From positions 106,950,001 to 107,014,000 of the forward strand of contig OX597814.1 in assembly GCA_951406725.2 (NCBI GenBank): 64,000 bases of DNA, in the 5' to 3' direction. Source of the stretch: Octopus vulgaris (lineage: Eukaryota). This document shows positions 38,901 through 51,089 of this stretch, piece by piece; positions within the stretch are counted from its first letter, which is position 1; each line of letters begins with the position of its first letter. The position numbers and the translations under genes were made by a program. The notes under the pieces are model-generated. The model worked only from the letters and a program-made list of their open reading frames with translations, ran no database searches and was not told where the DNA came from.

Positions 38901-41900
38901 GCCAAAGTTGTTGGAAATATTGTGGATAACCTTGTGGGCTTCTGCCAAGTTGGGTCCTAGATGTTGAAACTTTAATGCATTGATTCCCAGAAAAGCAGGA
39001 TACTCTTGGCTGCTGCTTCTAGAAGGTCAGTTGACCTTGGAGAGGCACTCTCTTGTAATTTTACATTTAAATTATACAGATTTGCTTCGTCTGTTATTCC
39101 CCACTCCCCGTGGTTAAATAAATACCAGTAAGATATTGGGGGAATTCTGTTTCTCCCCTAAGTGTATACTATGGTCGAAAGAGATTGTTAGGCAGTTATC
39201 TTTTATATTTTGAGCTCAAGCCTTATCAAATCCGACCTTTTCATGTATCTAGTAATGATTAAGTACCAGTTGAATTGTAGGGTCCACTTTAATCTAGTAC
39301 AACCCTTCTCTTGAAAATCTGCAACATTCAATTAAATATTGTTTTAGCAGAACTTAACATAGTATTTTGATTTTCCAACTCTTATCAAAGTAGAAAATTA
39401 CTATTTTTAAATCTCATAACGTCGGATATTAAGCAACAGTACTTTGTAGTAAAGATTGTTTGCCAACATAACATGGCAGTCTTGTTTTAGGACAAATGTT
39501 GCTGTAATTTAGCCCCAGGAGACATCGTCTCCAACTGGCTATACGACACGATATGTGTCCTTATATTTTCGAACAAAGGAATCTAGCAGGTCTCCTGGGG
39601 CTAAATTACAGCAACATTCGTCCTAAACCAGAACTGCCATACTATGTTAGCAAACAATCTTTCCTATCAAAGTGTTTGACATGTGCCAGTATGGAACATG
39701 GATGTTAAATTATGATGATGGTCTCAAATGATGGTTATCATCATCATCCTCATTTAACATACATGTTCTTTGCTGGGCTGCATTGGTTCTACATATTGAC
39801 AAAATCTTACAGATCCAAGGATTTTGTCTTGCTCCACTGTCTACTTTGGTAAGACTTCTGCTGCTGGATGTTCTTCCTACTGCCAACCACTTTACTGTGT
39901 GTACTGGATGTTTTTTTCTTTTTCATGCTTCTGTCACCATAACTAAGAACCCCAAGGATCTGGGGGTAGGGCTTTATGCTAAAAGATGAGGTGGTTAATG
40001 TACGAGAGAAGTAGGTCAGAGCAGAACAGGTTTCTTGCAGTAGAAGGGCCGCGTGGTTACTGACATTTTCAAAGAGATCAAAGTAGAGCTGGGAAGAGAT
40101 AAAAATGGTGAGGTATCTATAGGAATCTCCTCAAGGTACAAGGTGAGTAGAAGTGAGTGTAGGCAGAAGAACCAGGAGTATGGGTGGGTAGAGGTTGCCA
40201 GACTGTAGGGGGTGGGGAACAGGTGAGTGGGGGGTTGTGAAGATGAAATAATTTTAAAAAATCTAAAATGGGTTTCAATATTTCTATTTTTTAAGGTGGA
40301 AAGCTGGCAGAATCGTCACTGTGCCACCAAAAAATGCTTTCAACTTTAGGTACTGAGTTCAAATGCCACTGGGGTTGATTTTCTTCTTCATCCTTTCAGG
40401 ATCAATAAAATAAGTACCAGTTGAGTACTGGGGTCGATGACATCAACTTACCCCTTTACCCGCAATTGCTTGCCTTGTGCCAAAATTTGAAAGGAATATT
40501 TTAATTTAATTTTTTCCTCAGATACCTGTAATACAGACCCCTACTACTATCCGTGTTACCTGTCCGGTTGCTATTCTGAGCAACAGAGATGTGACAAACG
40601 CTTCGATTGTGCTGACGGTGCAGATGAGCATGAATGTGAGTAAAAACTATTTTGCTGAAACTTTTTTAATTCTTAGAACTGTTGCAATGACAACTCCATG
40701 GGTAACAAAGTTCTCACCAGATCTCTTCTTTGCTGATGGAATTATCTTTACATCATCATCATTTAGCATTTGTTGTCCATGCTGGCATGAGTTGGGCAGT
40801 TTAACCAGGGCTGGAAGGCTGTACCAGATTCCAGTCTGGTTTTGTATGGTTTCTACAACGGCCAACCACTCCAAAACTGTAATGGGTGCTTTTACAATCC
40901 ACTGGTGGCACAGATGCCAATTTGTGTGACACCAGCATCTGCCATGACTGCTATTTTGCTCGGCTTGATGGGTCTTCTCAAGCACAGCCTAATACCAAAG
41001 GTCTTGGTCATTGCCTCCGTGGGGTCCAAAACTCGAAAGAAGCTTTTCACGTGCCACCAGCATCAGCCATTTTGCCCCTATGAAGCCCAACTCTCAAAAG
41101 GTGCTTTTTTACGTGCCACCAGCATTGGATATTATTAGTCAAAAATGTCTTTCATTCTTTCAGGGTCAATAGAATATCCATTATACATACAGATTCATGT
41201 AGTCATCTACCCCTAAAAAAATTGCTGGCCTTGTTCTAAAATTTGAAACCATTATTATATGCAGTTCTATATTTAAGAGAAGAGGAATTATGTACATTAT
41301 TTATATTATTTACATTTGATGGATATGTAAATAATGTACATAATTCAGGTGCTTTGTGTCATTAACTTGGGTGCTTTTTACATGGGGCCAGCTCAGGTGC
41401 TTTTTATGTAGCACCAGCTTGGGTGCTTTGTTTGTGGTGCCAGCACCTGTGGAGTTGCCAAGTAGCTTGCAAGACAAGGCCCTATCATCTGAGAGATGTG
41501 ACTGTGTGCCAGGCAAAAGGCTGGAGTCTTTTATTATACATCTAACCCTTGGTCTCTACTTTGCTGTTTCTACTGACTTCTTTCTGGCCATATAGAACCA
41601 GACAAGTTTTGGGAGGTAAAAAAAAAAAACCTAATAGAAACAAACTTGACTATTCTTCATTATTTGACACCTAACTGTACTTAATTTAAACAAGAAATTC
41701 TTTTTGTTTTTAGGTAAATATGAAACAAAAGAAAAGTTAATAACTGATATTGATCGAGTCAGCAGAGTCCAGCGATTCTATGATGATAGTTCTTGGATTT
41801 GGCAGGAATATTTTGTAAAGTAAGTCAATATATTGTTCTTTTATGAATGTCTGATAGCACAACAGACACCAAGTGTTGGTGAACACAATGTTGTGTGTTA

Positions 41901-44900
41901 TTAATAGAAGACAAACTGACATTTCTTGAAGTTGTTGAGCTCACCATCAGACATGTGGATTAGGGGAATGGCATGTAGAAGTTCATCATCATCATCGTTT
42001 AACGTCCGTTTTCCATGCTAGCATGGCTTGGACGGTTCGACCAGGGTCTGGGAAGCCAGGAGGCTGCACCAGGCCTAGTCTGATCTGGCAGTGTTTCTAC
42101 AGCTCGATGCCCTTCCTAACGCCCACCATTCCGTGAGTGTAGTGGGTGCTTAAAGAGAGAACAGTTTGTGTCTGCACAAAACCTGGCGAAAAACACACAT
42201 ACATCAAATGGTCTCATGGCCCTACTGATAAGAACCCACTGGATTTCTATGTCTGGTGTCTTCATATGCTGGGGATAGCACCAGCTGGGGGCACCACAAT
42301 GCTGAAGATTCATTAGGAACCACCACGTAGCGTACATGAAGAACAAAGGCTGCACTTGTGTGGGTATGTCAGTTGTATAAAGAAGTGCTGAGGGCTTGAA
42401 CCTGCTTGTAATTTGTGAAAGATGAAGATCGGGGAAGACTTGAGATGAAATGATGAAAATATTGAAGTGATGACAAGAAAATAAAAACAAAAAAAGAACA
42501 TGAAATAGTAACATTCTGGTGTCTGAGGGATCTGATGTAACATTGGTACAAGCATGGTAAACTGGTTGTTAAAATATAGTGGTGCTGTTGGCGATAGAGG
42601 TTGGGCTGTAATGTATCTCGTTTGGGTGTCTCGTTATTCCTGTTAAGTCTCCAGCCACTGTCCTCTTCTTTACCCTCTCATCAATCACTCACCCTTTCTC
42701 CTATCTGCTACCATATGCTGCCTACATAATCAAGAATGCCATCTGCTCCGTCTTTATTCAGTCCTCCTCCTATTGCCTTTTACTCCTCTATTTTGTTTCT
42801 ACCATCACCCCACTCCATCTCTGGATCTCTCTTTTCCGTGCCGGTGGCACGTAAAAAGCACCGACTACACTCTCAGAGTGGTGGGCATTAGGAAGGGCAT
42901 CCAGCTGTAGAAACTCTGCCAGATGAAGATTGGAGCCTGGTACAGCCATCTGGTTCGCCAGCCCTCAGTCAAAATCATCCAACCCATGCTAGCATCCCAG
43001 CATTATCTATTATCCCAGGAGGTTATTTATACAGACACCTTGTGATTCGAAAATGTTTGCATTGTTGATATTTTGTGGTTCATTAACCCTTTCGTTACCA
43101 ACCCGGCTGAAACTGGCTCGGAGTACAAATGTCTTGTTTTCATAAGTTTTGAATTAAAATCTTCCACCAAACCTTAGTCACAATTTATGTTCCTAACATT
43201 AGCTGAATGATAACTAAGTTATTTTACGAAATTATTTGTTATATTTAAAATTAATTGAAAGAAACACAGCATCTCAACAGAAATACAGTATCAAAAGTGT
43301 TAAAATATACAATAGAAAAACAATTCTTAGCCCTTTTGATACCAACCCAACTGAAACTGTCTCTGGCTCTGTAGTACAAATGTCTTGTTTTCATAAGTTT
43401 TGAATTAAATTCTTCCATCAAACCTTAGACACAATTTATGTTCCTAACACTAGCTGAATGATAACTAAGTTATTTTACTAAATTCTTTGTTATATCTAAA
43501 GTAATTGAAAGAAACACATGGCATTTCAAAATAAATTGAGAAATATTTGAATTTTGACAGGCCTGATGGACGAGTTGATTTCCGAATTAAAACACCAAAA
43601 TACCCACTTACTTGGGTGATGCATGGCCTTTCTATCAGTCGAGATTTGGGTCTTGGAATTATGGCAGCACCAGTTATGGTAAGCGACATTTTGTTTTAAC
43701 TTTTGCTTCATTTTAATAATTTCATTTCCCACCCACTAAGAAAAAAAAATGAACATAGAAATACTGCAAAGACTTCACCTGCCATTCTTTTCTATAAACT
43801 ATCTTGAAAATTCTGTATCACTACAAAATTCTTTCACATAGAATCATCAGGTTTTACCATTCTTTCACCATTATCAATGGTTGAAGAGTAAAAGATAAGC
43901 ATTTCGTTTATTGAAATCTCTTACAATCCCATGGATTCAGTTAATGGTCAAAGGGTTCTATGATATATATTGTTGTGGCTGATGCCAATATCACCTGACT
44001 GGCACTCGTGACGGGGGCACATAAAAAAGCACCATTTGAGCCTGGTCGTTGCCAGGGCTACCTGACTGGCACCTGTGACAGTGGCACATAAAAAGCACCA
44101 TTCGAGCCTGGTCATTGCCAGTATCACCTGACTGGCACCTGTGCTAGTGGCACATAAAAAGCACCATTCGAGCCTGGTCGTTGCCAGTGCTGCCTGACTG
44201 GCTTCTGTGCTGGTGGCATGTAAAAAGCATCATTCAAGTGTGGCCAATGTCAGTACCGCCTGACTGGCCCCTGTGCAGGTACCATGTAAAAAGCACCCAC
44301 TATACTCTCGGAGTGGTTGGCGTTAGAAAGGGCATCCAGCTATAGAAACATCAGATTGGAGCCTGGTGCAGCCTCCTAGCTTGCCAGTCCTCACTCAAAC
44401 CGTCCAACCCATGCCAGCATGGCCTATTTAGTATTTCTGGTCTATTTACAAACACACACACACGTGCACAAACGTGCATGCACACAAACACATGCATGCA
44501 CGCACACATCTGCACAAACACACACATGCACAAACACACATGCAAAAACACACATGCACACACAAACACGCGCGCACACACACACATGCACAAACACACA
44601 CACAAACACATACACACACACACACACGCAACAAAGTTTGGTATTGAAGTTCTAAATGTTTGCATTTTGTTTATATTTTATTTAGTATGATGCTTCTCGA
44701 TACATGTACATACAAGTGGAAGCTCCCACTTACGTTGTCAGGGGAGAACAGATTGGATTCCGAGTTACTGTCTTTAACTTTTGGGACAAAGATGACTTCA
44801 TTGAGGTAAAAAAAATATTCAAATTTTGCTTTTGTTTTGTTAGTTTTTCTCTATTTCTCATTCTCTTATTCTGTTTTTTGTTTCTCTCTCTCTCTCTCTC

Positions 44901-47900
44901 CCTTCTCTCTCCCCAGTCTCTGTGTCCCTCTCCTGATCCCTCTTTCCCTATTTATATTTTTTGTGAGGTAACCTCAAGTTTTCTCTCTCCACTTCTATCC
45001 TCACCATCTTTTCCCCTCTCATCTTTGTCTTTTCTTCCCTCCCTTTTTTTTAAATTTTTACTTCACCCTCACTCCTTGTCTCTCTTCTTCTCTTTCATTT
45101 TCCCTGTTACTATTGCTGCTCCCTTTCTTTCCTCTTCTTTGCCCTCTCCCTTCTCCTTATTAACCTAATTCATTTCTGTTTCAGGTGTTGGTTACTGCTC
45201 ATGCTTCTCCATATCATAAATTTGTCCTTGTCGGAGAGTTAGGTTTAGTTCAGTCGTACAGTCCAGAACTCGCTGATGGTGACATGCAGACTATAGTCTT
45301 TGTAAGTATCGTTTTACTAATCACTTATAATTCATCTCTATAGATTTTCTATAGAATTTCGAGCCAGCATTGAAAGCTATGATGTTTTGTATACGAATAT
45401 GTCTATGTAAACAATGTGATCGAAGATAGAATGGAGGGTATATACATATTTCGGGAATTCTTGTTCCCCCATCAGTGCCACATCCAATCCATTAACCATC
45501 CACAATCACATTGCTTAAATAAACCACAATGTTTAGTGGTGTAACACTACTGAATAGAACTCAGCACATTCCTCTAGGGTACAGTATTGACTTATAAAGC
45601 CTTTAATATAGTTGGTTGTATACTATGGTTGCAAAACAAAATATGGTGTCTCTGCCAGCAATTAAGTTTTATTATTGTCATTGTTGTTGACATCATCATC
45701 ATAACATCAATTTTTTAAATGAGGGCCTCCGTACAATATATTGTTGATTGTTGTCTACTAACTTTGCATTCACCAACACTTATAAAAGATCCCTTACTTG
45801 AAAAACATAAAATTATAAGGATTAGTGACAGGAAGAGCATCCAAACAATTCCTCAATGAGTATTCATCTAACTCATACTATCATGGAGAAACAGATGTGA
45901 AAACAAATGGATAAATGTTTGTATAGTTTTTAAAAAAATTTATTTAATGATGAAGAGGAACATATATTTTATTCAATCACTCCCTTCTAATACAGACTAT
46001 CAGAAGTAATTAACCAAATACCTGAATATTTATCACCTGTAGATTTTCCATGGGTGGCCATGGGTTTGTTAAATAATTTTAAAAGATAGATTCAGCGATG
46101 CTTAAATATTCCAGTTCTTTGATTTCTATGATTTCTTATTTTAATTCTCCATTTTCTAGCTGGAACCAGGACAGTCCAAAGACATTTACATGCCTGTTAT
46201 TCCAATTATTCAAAACGGCTGCTTTGATGTAGAAATCAGTGCCTCGTGTTTCATGGAAAGGGACTTCGTCATACATAGAGTTTGTGTGAAAGTAAGTCTG
46301 TTGTTGTTGTTGTTGTCTCTCTTTCATTGAAAACTAATCTTTTATCAATGCTGTGCCATTCTCTAACCGATTCCATACAGGTCTGCTTTTAGATATGATG
46401 TACAGCAATGTTGCAGTCCTAATAAACGATAACCACACACAAGCATTCAGACCTCTGAAGATATGCTGTGACTGAGAAGACCTGGCCAATAAAGGGAGTT
46501 CACAGCTGTAACTTACACCAGTGTTGCATAACCAGCCCCAGCCCACTCAAAAGTACTTTGGATCGCAGGGGGACATGCTGTGCTTGAGGAGATCTATTGA
46601 GTCAAGTACATCAAAATCAAATGGAAATTGAAGTTGTGATCCCCATGCTGGTGGCACATAAAGAGCACCATCTGAACATGGCTGATGCCAGTGCCACCTT
46701 GACTGGCTTCCGTGCCGGTGGTACATAAAAAGTACTTAAATAGGCCGGACATGCAACACTGGCATTGGCCATGGCTGTGATCTCACTTTAGTTGTTGGGT
46801 CTTCTCAATCACTGCATATCTCCAAAGGTCTCGGTCTCCTGTCATTGCCTCTGTGAGGCCCAATGTTCGAAGGTCATGCTTCATCACCTTATCCCAGGTC
46901 TTCCTGGGTCTACCTCTTCCACAGGTTCTTTCCACAGTTATGATGTGGCACTTCCTCACACAGCTGTCCTCATCAATACATGACCATACCAGTGCAGTTG
47001 TCTCTTTTGCACACCATATTTGATGCGTATGTCCAACTTTTCTCTCAGGGCTGTCGTGTATGCACACTGACATTACACATCCAGCAGATCATACTAGCTT
47101 CAGCAATTAAATAAACTGATATATCTGTCTTTTGATGATGGTTGTTTCTCTGACAGATATTGTTATCTTCCCAAGTCATCGATAGACTGATTCTGTCTGG
47201 CACTGTACGACTTCCAGTTATACAGGGTTATCATTCTCAAAAGTTTTGATCGCTATAACTTCCACTCAGTATCACAGTGTAATTACTACATCAGCACAGA
47301 CACAACTATCAACACAGTCTACACGTACTCTCTTGATACTGGCCGACCTCACCTTACCTATAGTGACTGGATCATTCCACTCATCATGTGGGAGGGGTGT
47401 ACCATTATTACTAATTCCCTACAACATAATCACTCACACACACACACATGATTTACAGGCAATATTCAAAGAATACCATTCATCTGATTGTCAAAGACTC
47501 ACCGTTCAATTTGTCTCCCTCATACACACACTCTTTTCACTCTGCTTATTCTACCCCTATTACCAAGGCTTCTACTCTTTTCAAGCAGCTATGGGTACAT
47601 ACTCCATTGTCTCATCAGCCCTGTGTCGCATCAATCACATCAAATCCTTTCTTATCAGAATCTCATCCTTTTGTCATTCACCTGCACCCTGTTCCTCATA
47701 TTCTTTTCCTGCAGCCATTGATTCACAGATGTAATTAAACATCAACGGTTTTATTTCATTTTTGGATTTGGTTTGCAAGATTCTTTATGTGAGTTCCTGT
47801 GTTGAAGATTATTCTGTTGTGTCTGGGGAGAGTCATTCGCTTTTAGTACCTCATAATTTAACACACTCACTAGTAAAACTATTGAAAAGGTTGCAAGATG

Positions 47901-48804
47901 CAACGACAATTTTAGAAAAATAAAAAAAGAAAGAAGTGAAAATTTTACTGGTGAGTGTGTTTAATTATAAGGTAGCAAAAGATAATGACTTTCCCCAGAC
48001 ACAACAGAATCAAATGTTTTGATTTACCCAATCTCAGAAAAATTATGCTTTTGTCCTTTCCAAAAGAATAAACCTTTTAAAGAAAAAAATAACAAGAACA
48101 AAAGCCCACACAAATACTTCTCTGAGTTCTTACTTGTTGCTAAATTTCTGTTGCAGTCTGATGGCATTCTCAATTATTACCACATTCCCTACTTGGTGGA
48201 CTTGATCACTCAGGCGTCGGTCATTGTACCAAACTTTGATATTCCAATTAATGCCCAGTTTATTCAACCAGAACAAAGAGAACATGACTACGTTCCAGGT
48301 TCTGGTAAAGCTGCTAGTTATATCTTTGGTAAGTCAGGATTTTATTTATTATTTCTTGCAGTTCTTACTACCATATTTCTAAACACTCCATATTGTTTAT
48401 AAATGTGATGGTCATAAATAGAAGTTACTTTCCCCTCAAGAAAAAACAAAAAACCTGAAAAATTCATTTTAAAATTGTAAATATGTTGGTCGTAAGAGAA
48501 CTGAAAGGATTGAAAGGTGAGAAGAAGGAATGGTATTCTTTAATTTCTGGTTTTTACTGAAAATTTAAAGTTCTTGATGTCTGTACTTTAAATTTTTCTC
48601 ATTCTGTGCGTGACTCTCTCTTCTTTCATGCACACACACATATATGTGCAGGCATGGCTATGTGGTAAGAATCTTTCCCTCTCAACAACGTGGTACCAGG
48701 TTCAGTCCTACTGTGTGGCCCCTTGGGCAAGTGTCTACTATTGCTTCAGTCAACCAAAACCTTGAGAGTAGAATTAGTAGCATTTTCTACCTTGACGTTT
48801 TTTT

Positions 48805-48839
<35 letters not shown>

Positions 48840-49980
48840 CATGTGTATATTTAGGGCTAAAAACCACTAGGTGGACAGCCATATGCTAGAAGAAGATCTA
48901 GCATATGGCTGTCCACCTAGTGGTTTTTAGCCCTAATATACACATGTATTGAAATTTTCTCTGATTTTTCAGATTTTCTTATATGCTAGGCTACTGGTTT
49001 TAAATTGATATCAATTAAATTAATATTCAATTTATCTCCCTCATTATTTAAATATATATATCTCAAAACAAACAACATGAGCAGCTCAACACAAGCCCAC
49101 AAGTCGTTAATGCACAGACATTGAATGCATGCATGCAGGACAGTTTCGCCTCCCTGCTTGCATTGCAGGCAATGCTCCCCTATAACGCTACTATGCAAAA
49201 GACTCTTGAAAATTATTCGACTGTTTTTGTCGATGCCAGGTTAACCCTAAGCTACCGTCGCTCATACCCTTCAACTAGTCCCTTATAGAAATATTGAATT
49301 GTTTTCCTGTTGCTTATTTTGATTTTATTTGATTTTATTCGAGCTGTGCAGATAATACCAGACTGACTTGGTGCTTCAACTTAAGTACCGAATTTAACTG
49401 AATCTCAATTATTTATATATAATATATATATATATAACTACATGTGGATTGTTGGCGGTTTTTTTTTTCCCCTCCATCTTTCCTCTGGAGTTCCCGCTAT
49501 CTCCTAATTTTGAAGAAGATCTTTGCTCGAAGCGTAAAACAACCTTTCTTTCCTTCCCTGAGCGTCTTTTAATACTTTGCGTGTATCACATCCTCGCGTT
49601 GATGTTTTTTCCTTGATGTGTTTTTTCTTTTTTTTTTATTAATTATACATGTATATATATATGTTTATATATATATGTGTATATATATATATATATATAT
49701 ACACTAAATAATTAGGGTTCAGCAAAAATTTGCTTTACCACATACCGAAGCTTAGAAATAGCAGCCAAAAACCATTAGCTATTTCTTCTACTTAAAAAGG
49801 GACTCCCAGAAAAACCAGAATACTTGAAAACAATCCACACGAGCAGAGAGGAAGAAGTAACGAAAATCAATCAATATCTGGTTACCTATGGGCGTGTGTT
49901 TCGGAATTAGGTTGGAAAGAAGAATATAAAATTATACTTTACCAACCATTTTCCTCTTCAGCATAGGACCCATCAATAAT

Positions 49981-50014
<34 letters not shown>

Positions 50015-51030
50015 TACGGAGATGTACTCGCATAGCAAGTAATTTGATCTGAGATCGTGTGCTGAAACGAAAACAATTGCAGCGTGGAAGGTGTTTATAA
50101 GCCATTTAAGAAACACACAAAAGCCGTTCGATTCACTCCAACATTTAAGTTTAATTTCTCAAAATATTTTCGTCGCTAAAATCCGCGACCTGTTCACTGA
50201 CAAAGTCCGTGCTGCTGAGATGCAGCACGGACTTTGTCATTGAACAGGTCGCGGATTTTAGCGACGAAAATATTTTGAGAAATTAAACTTAAATGTTGGA
50301 GTGAATCGAACGGCTTTTGTGTGTTTCTTAAATGGCTTATAAACACCTTCCACGCTGCAATTGTATATATATATATATATAGTGTTTTGGAAATTCCTTG
50401 ATACAGTTATATTTGGAGAGATTTTTTCTCAAAGAGTTAAGATTGAGAAAAGAACCTTTTTAGAAAGTTGAAAGGCAAAAACCTTTGGGAAGAGATTTTA
50501 CAAAATGTGTGTAGGTTTTTGCTTTTGTAGATGTGCAAGCGCTTTCAGTTCTTTCAGTTTTCAAGCATGTGTTATTACATACAGTAAAATTGTTGTTGAC
50601 TATTTCCAGTTAAGTTTCAGACTCAGAAATCTTATGAAATATTCTTCTTTTGTCTTCTGGAGAAGGTTGTTCTCTTCATTTATTTTATGAAGAGGGAAAA
50701 TTGTAAAATTTTCCTTGTTGGCCTTCTCTGGAAGGCAAAAGAAGAATATTTCATAAGATTTCTGAGTCTGAAACTAAACCGGAAATAGTCAACAACAATT
50801 TTACTGCAAACAACTTTCACTGTATGTAATAACATATGCTTGAAAACTGAATGAACCAAAAGTGCTTGCACATCTACAAAAGCAAAACCACACACATTTT
50901 GTGAAATCTCTTCCCAAAGGTTTGTGCCTTGCAACTTTCTAAAAAGGTTCTTTTCTCGATCATAACTCTTTGAGAAAAAAATCTTCTCCAAATATTATAA
51001 CTGTATCAAGGAATTTCCAAAACACTCCAA

Positions 51031-51089
<59 letters not shown>

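Noticed and set aside
43975-44300. About 60-bp regularly repeated modules (also 38500-38830, 52725-53010)
   Set aside because: Internal tandem modules of an abundant RTE-tail-related repeat, not spacer arrays or genes.
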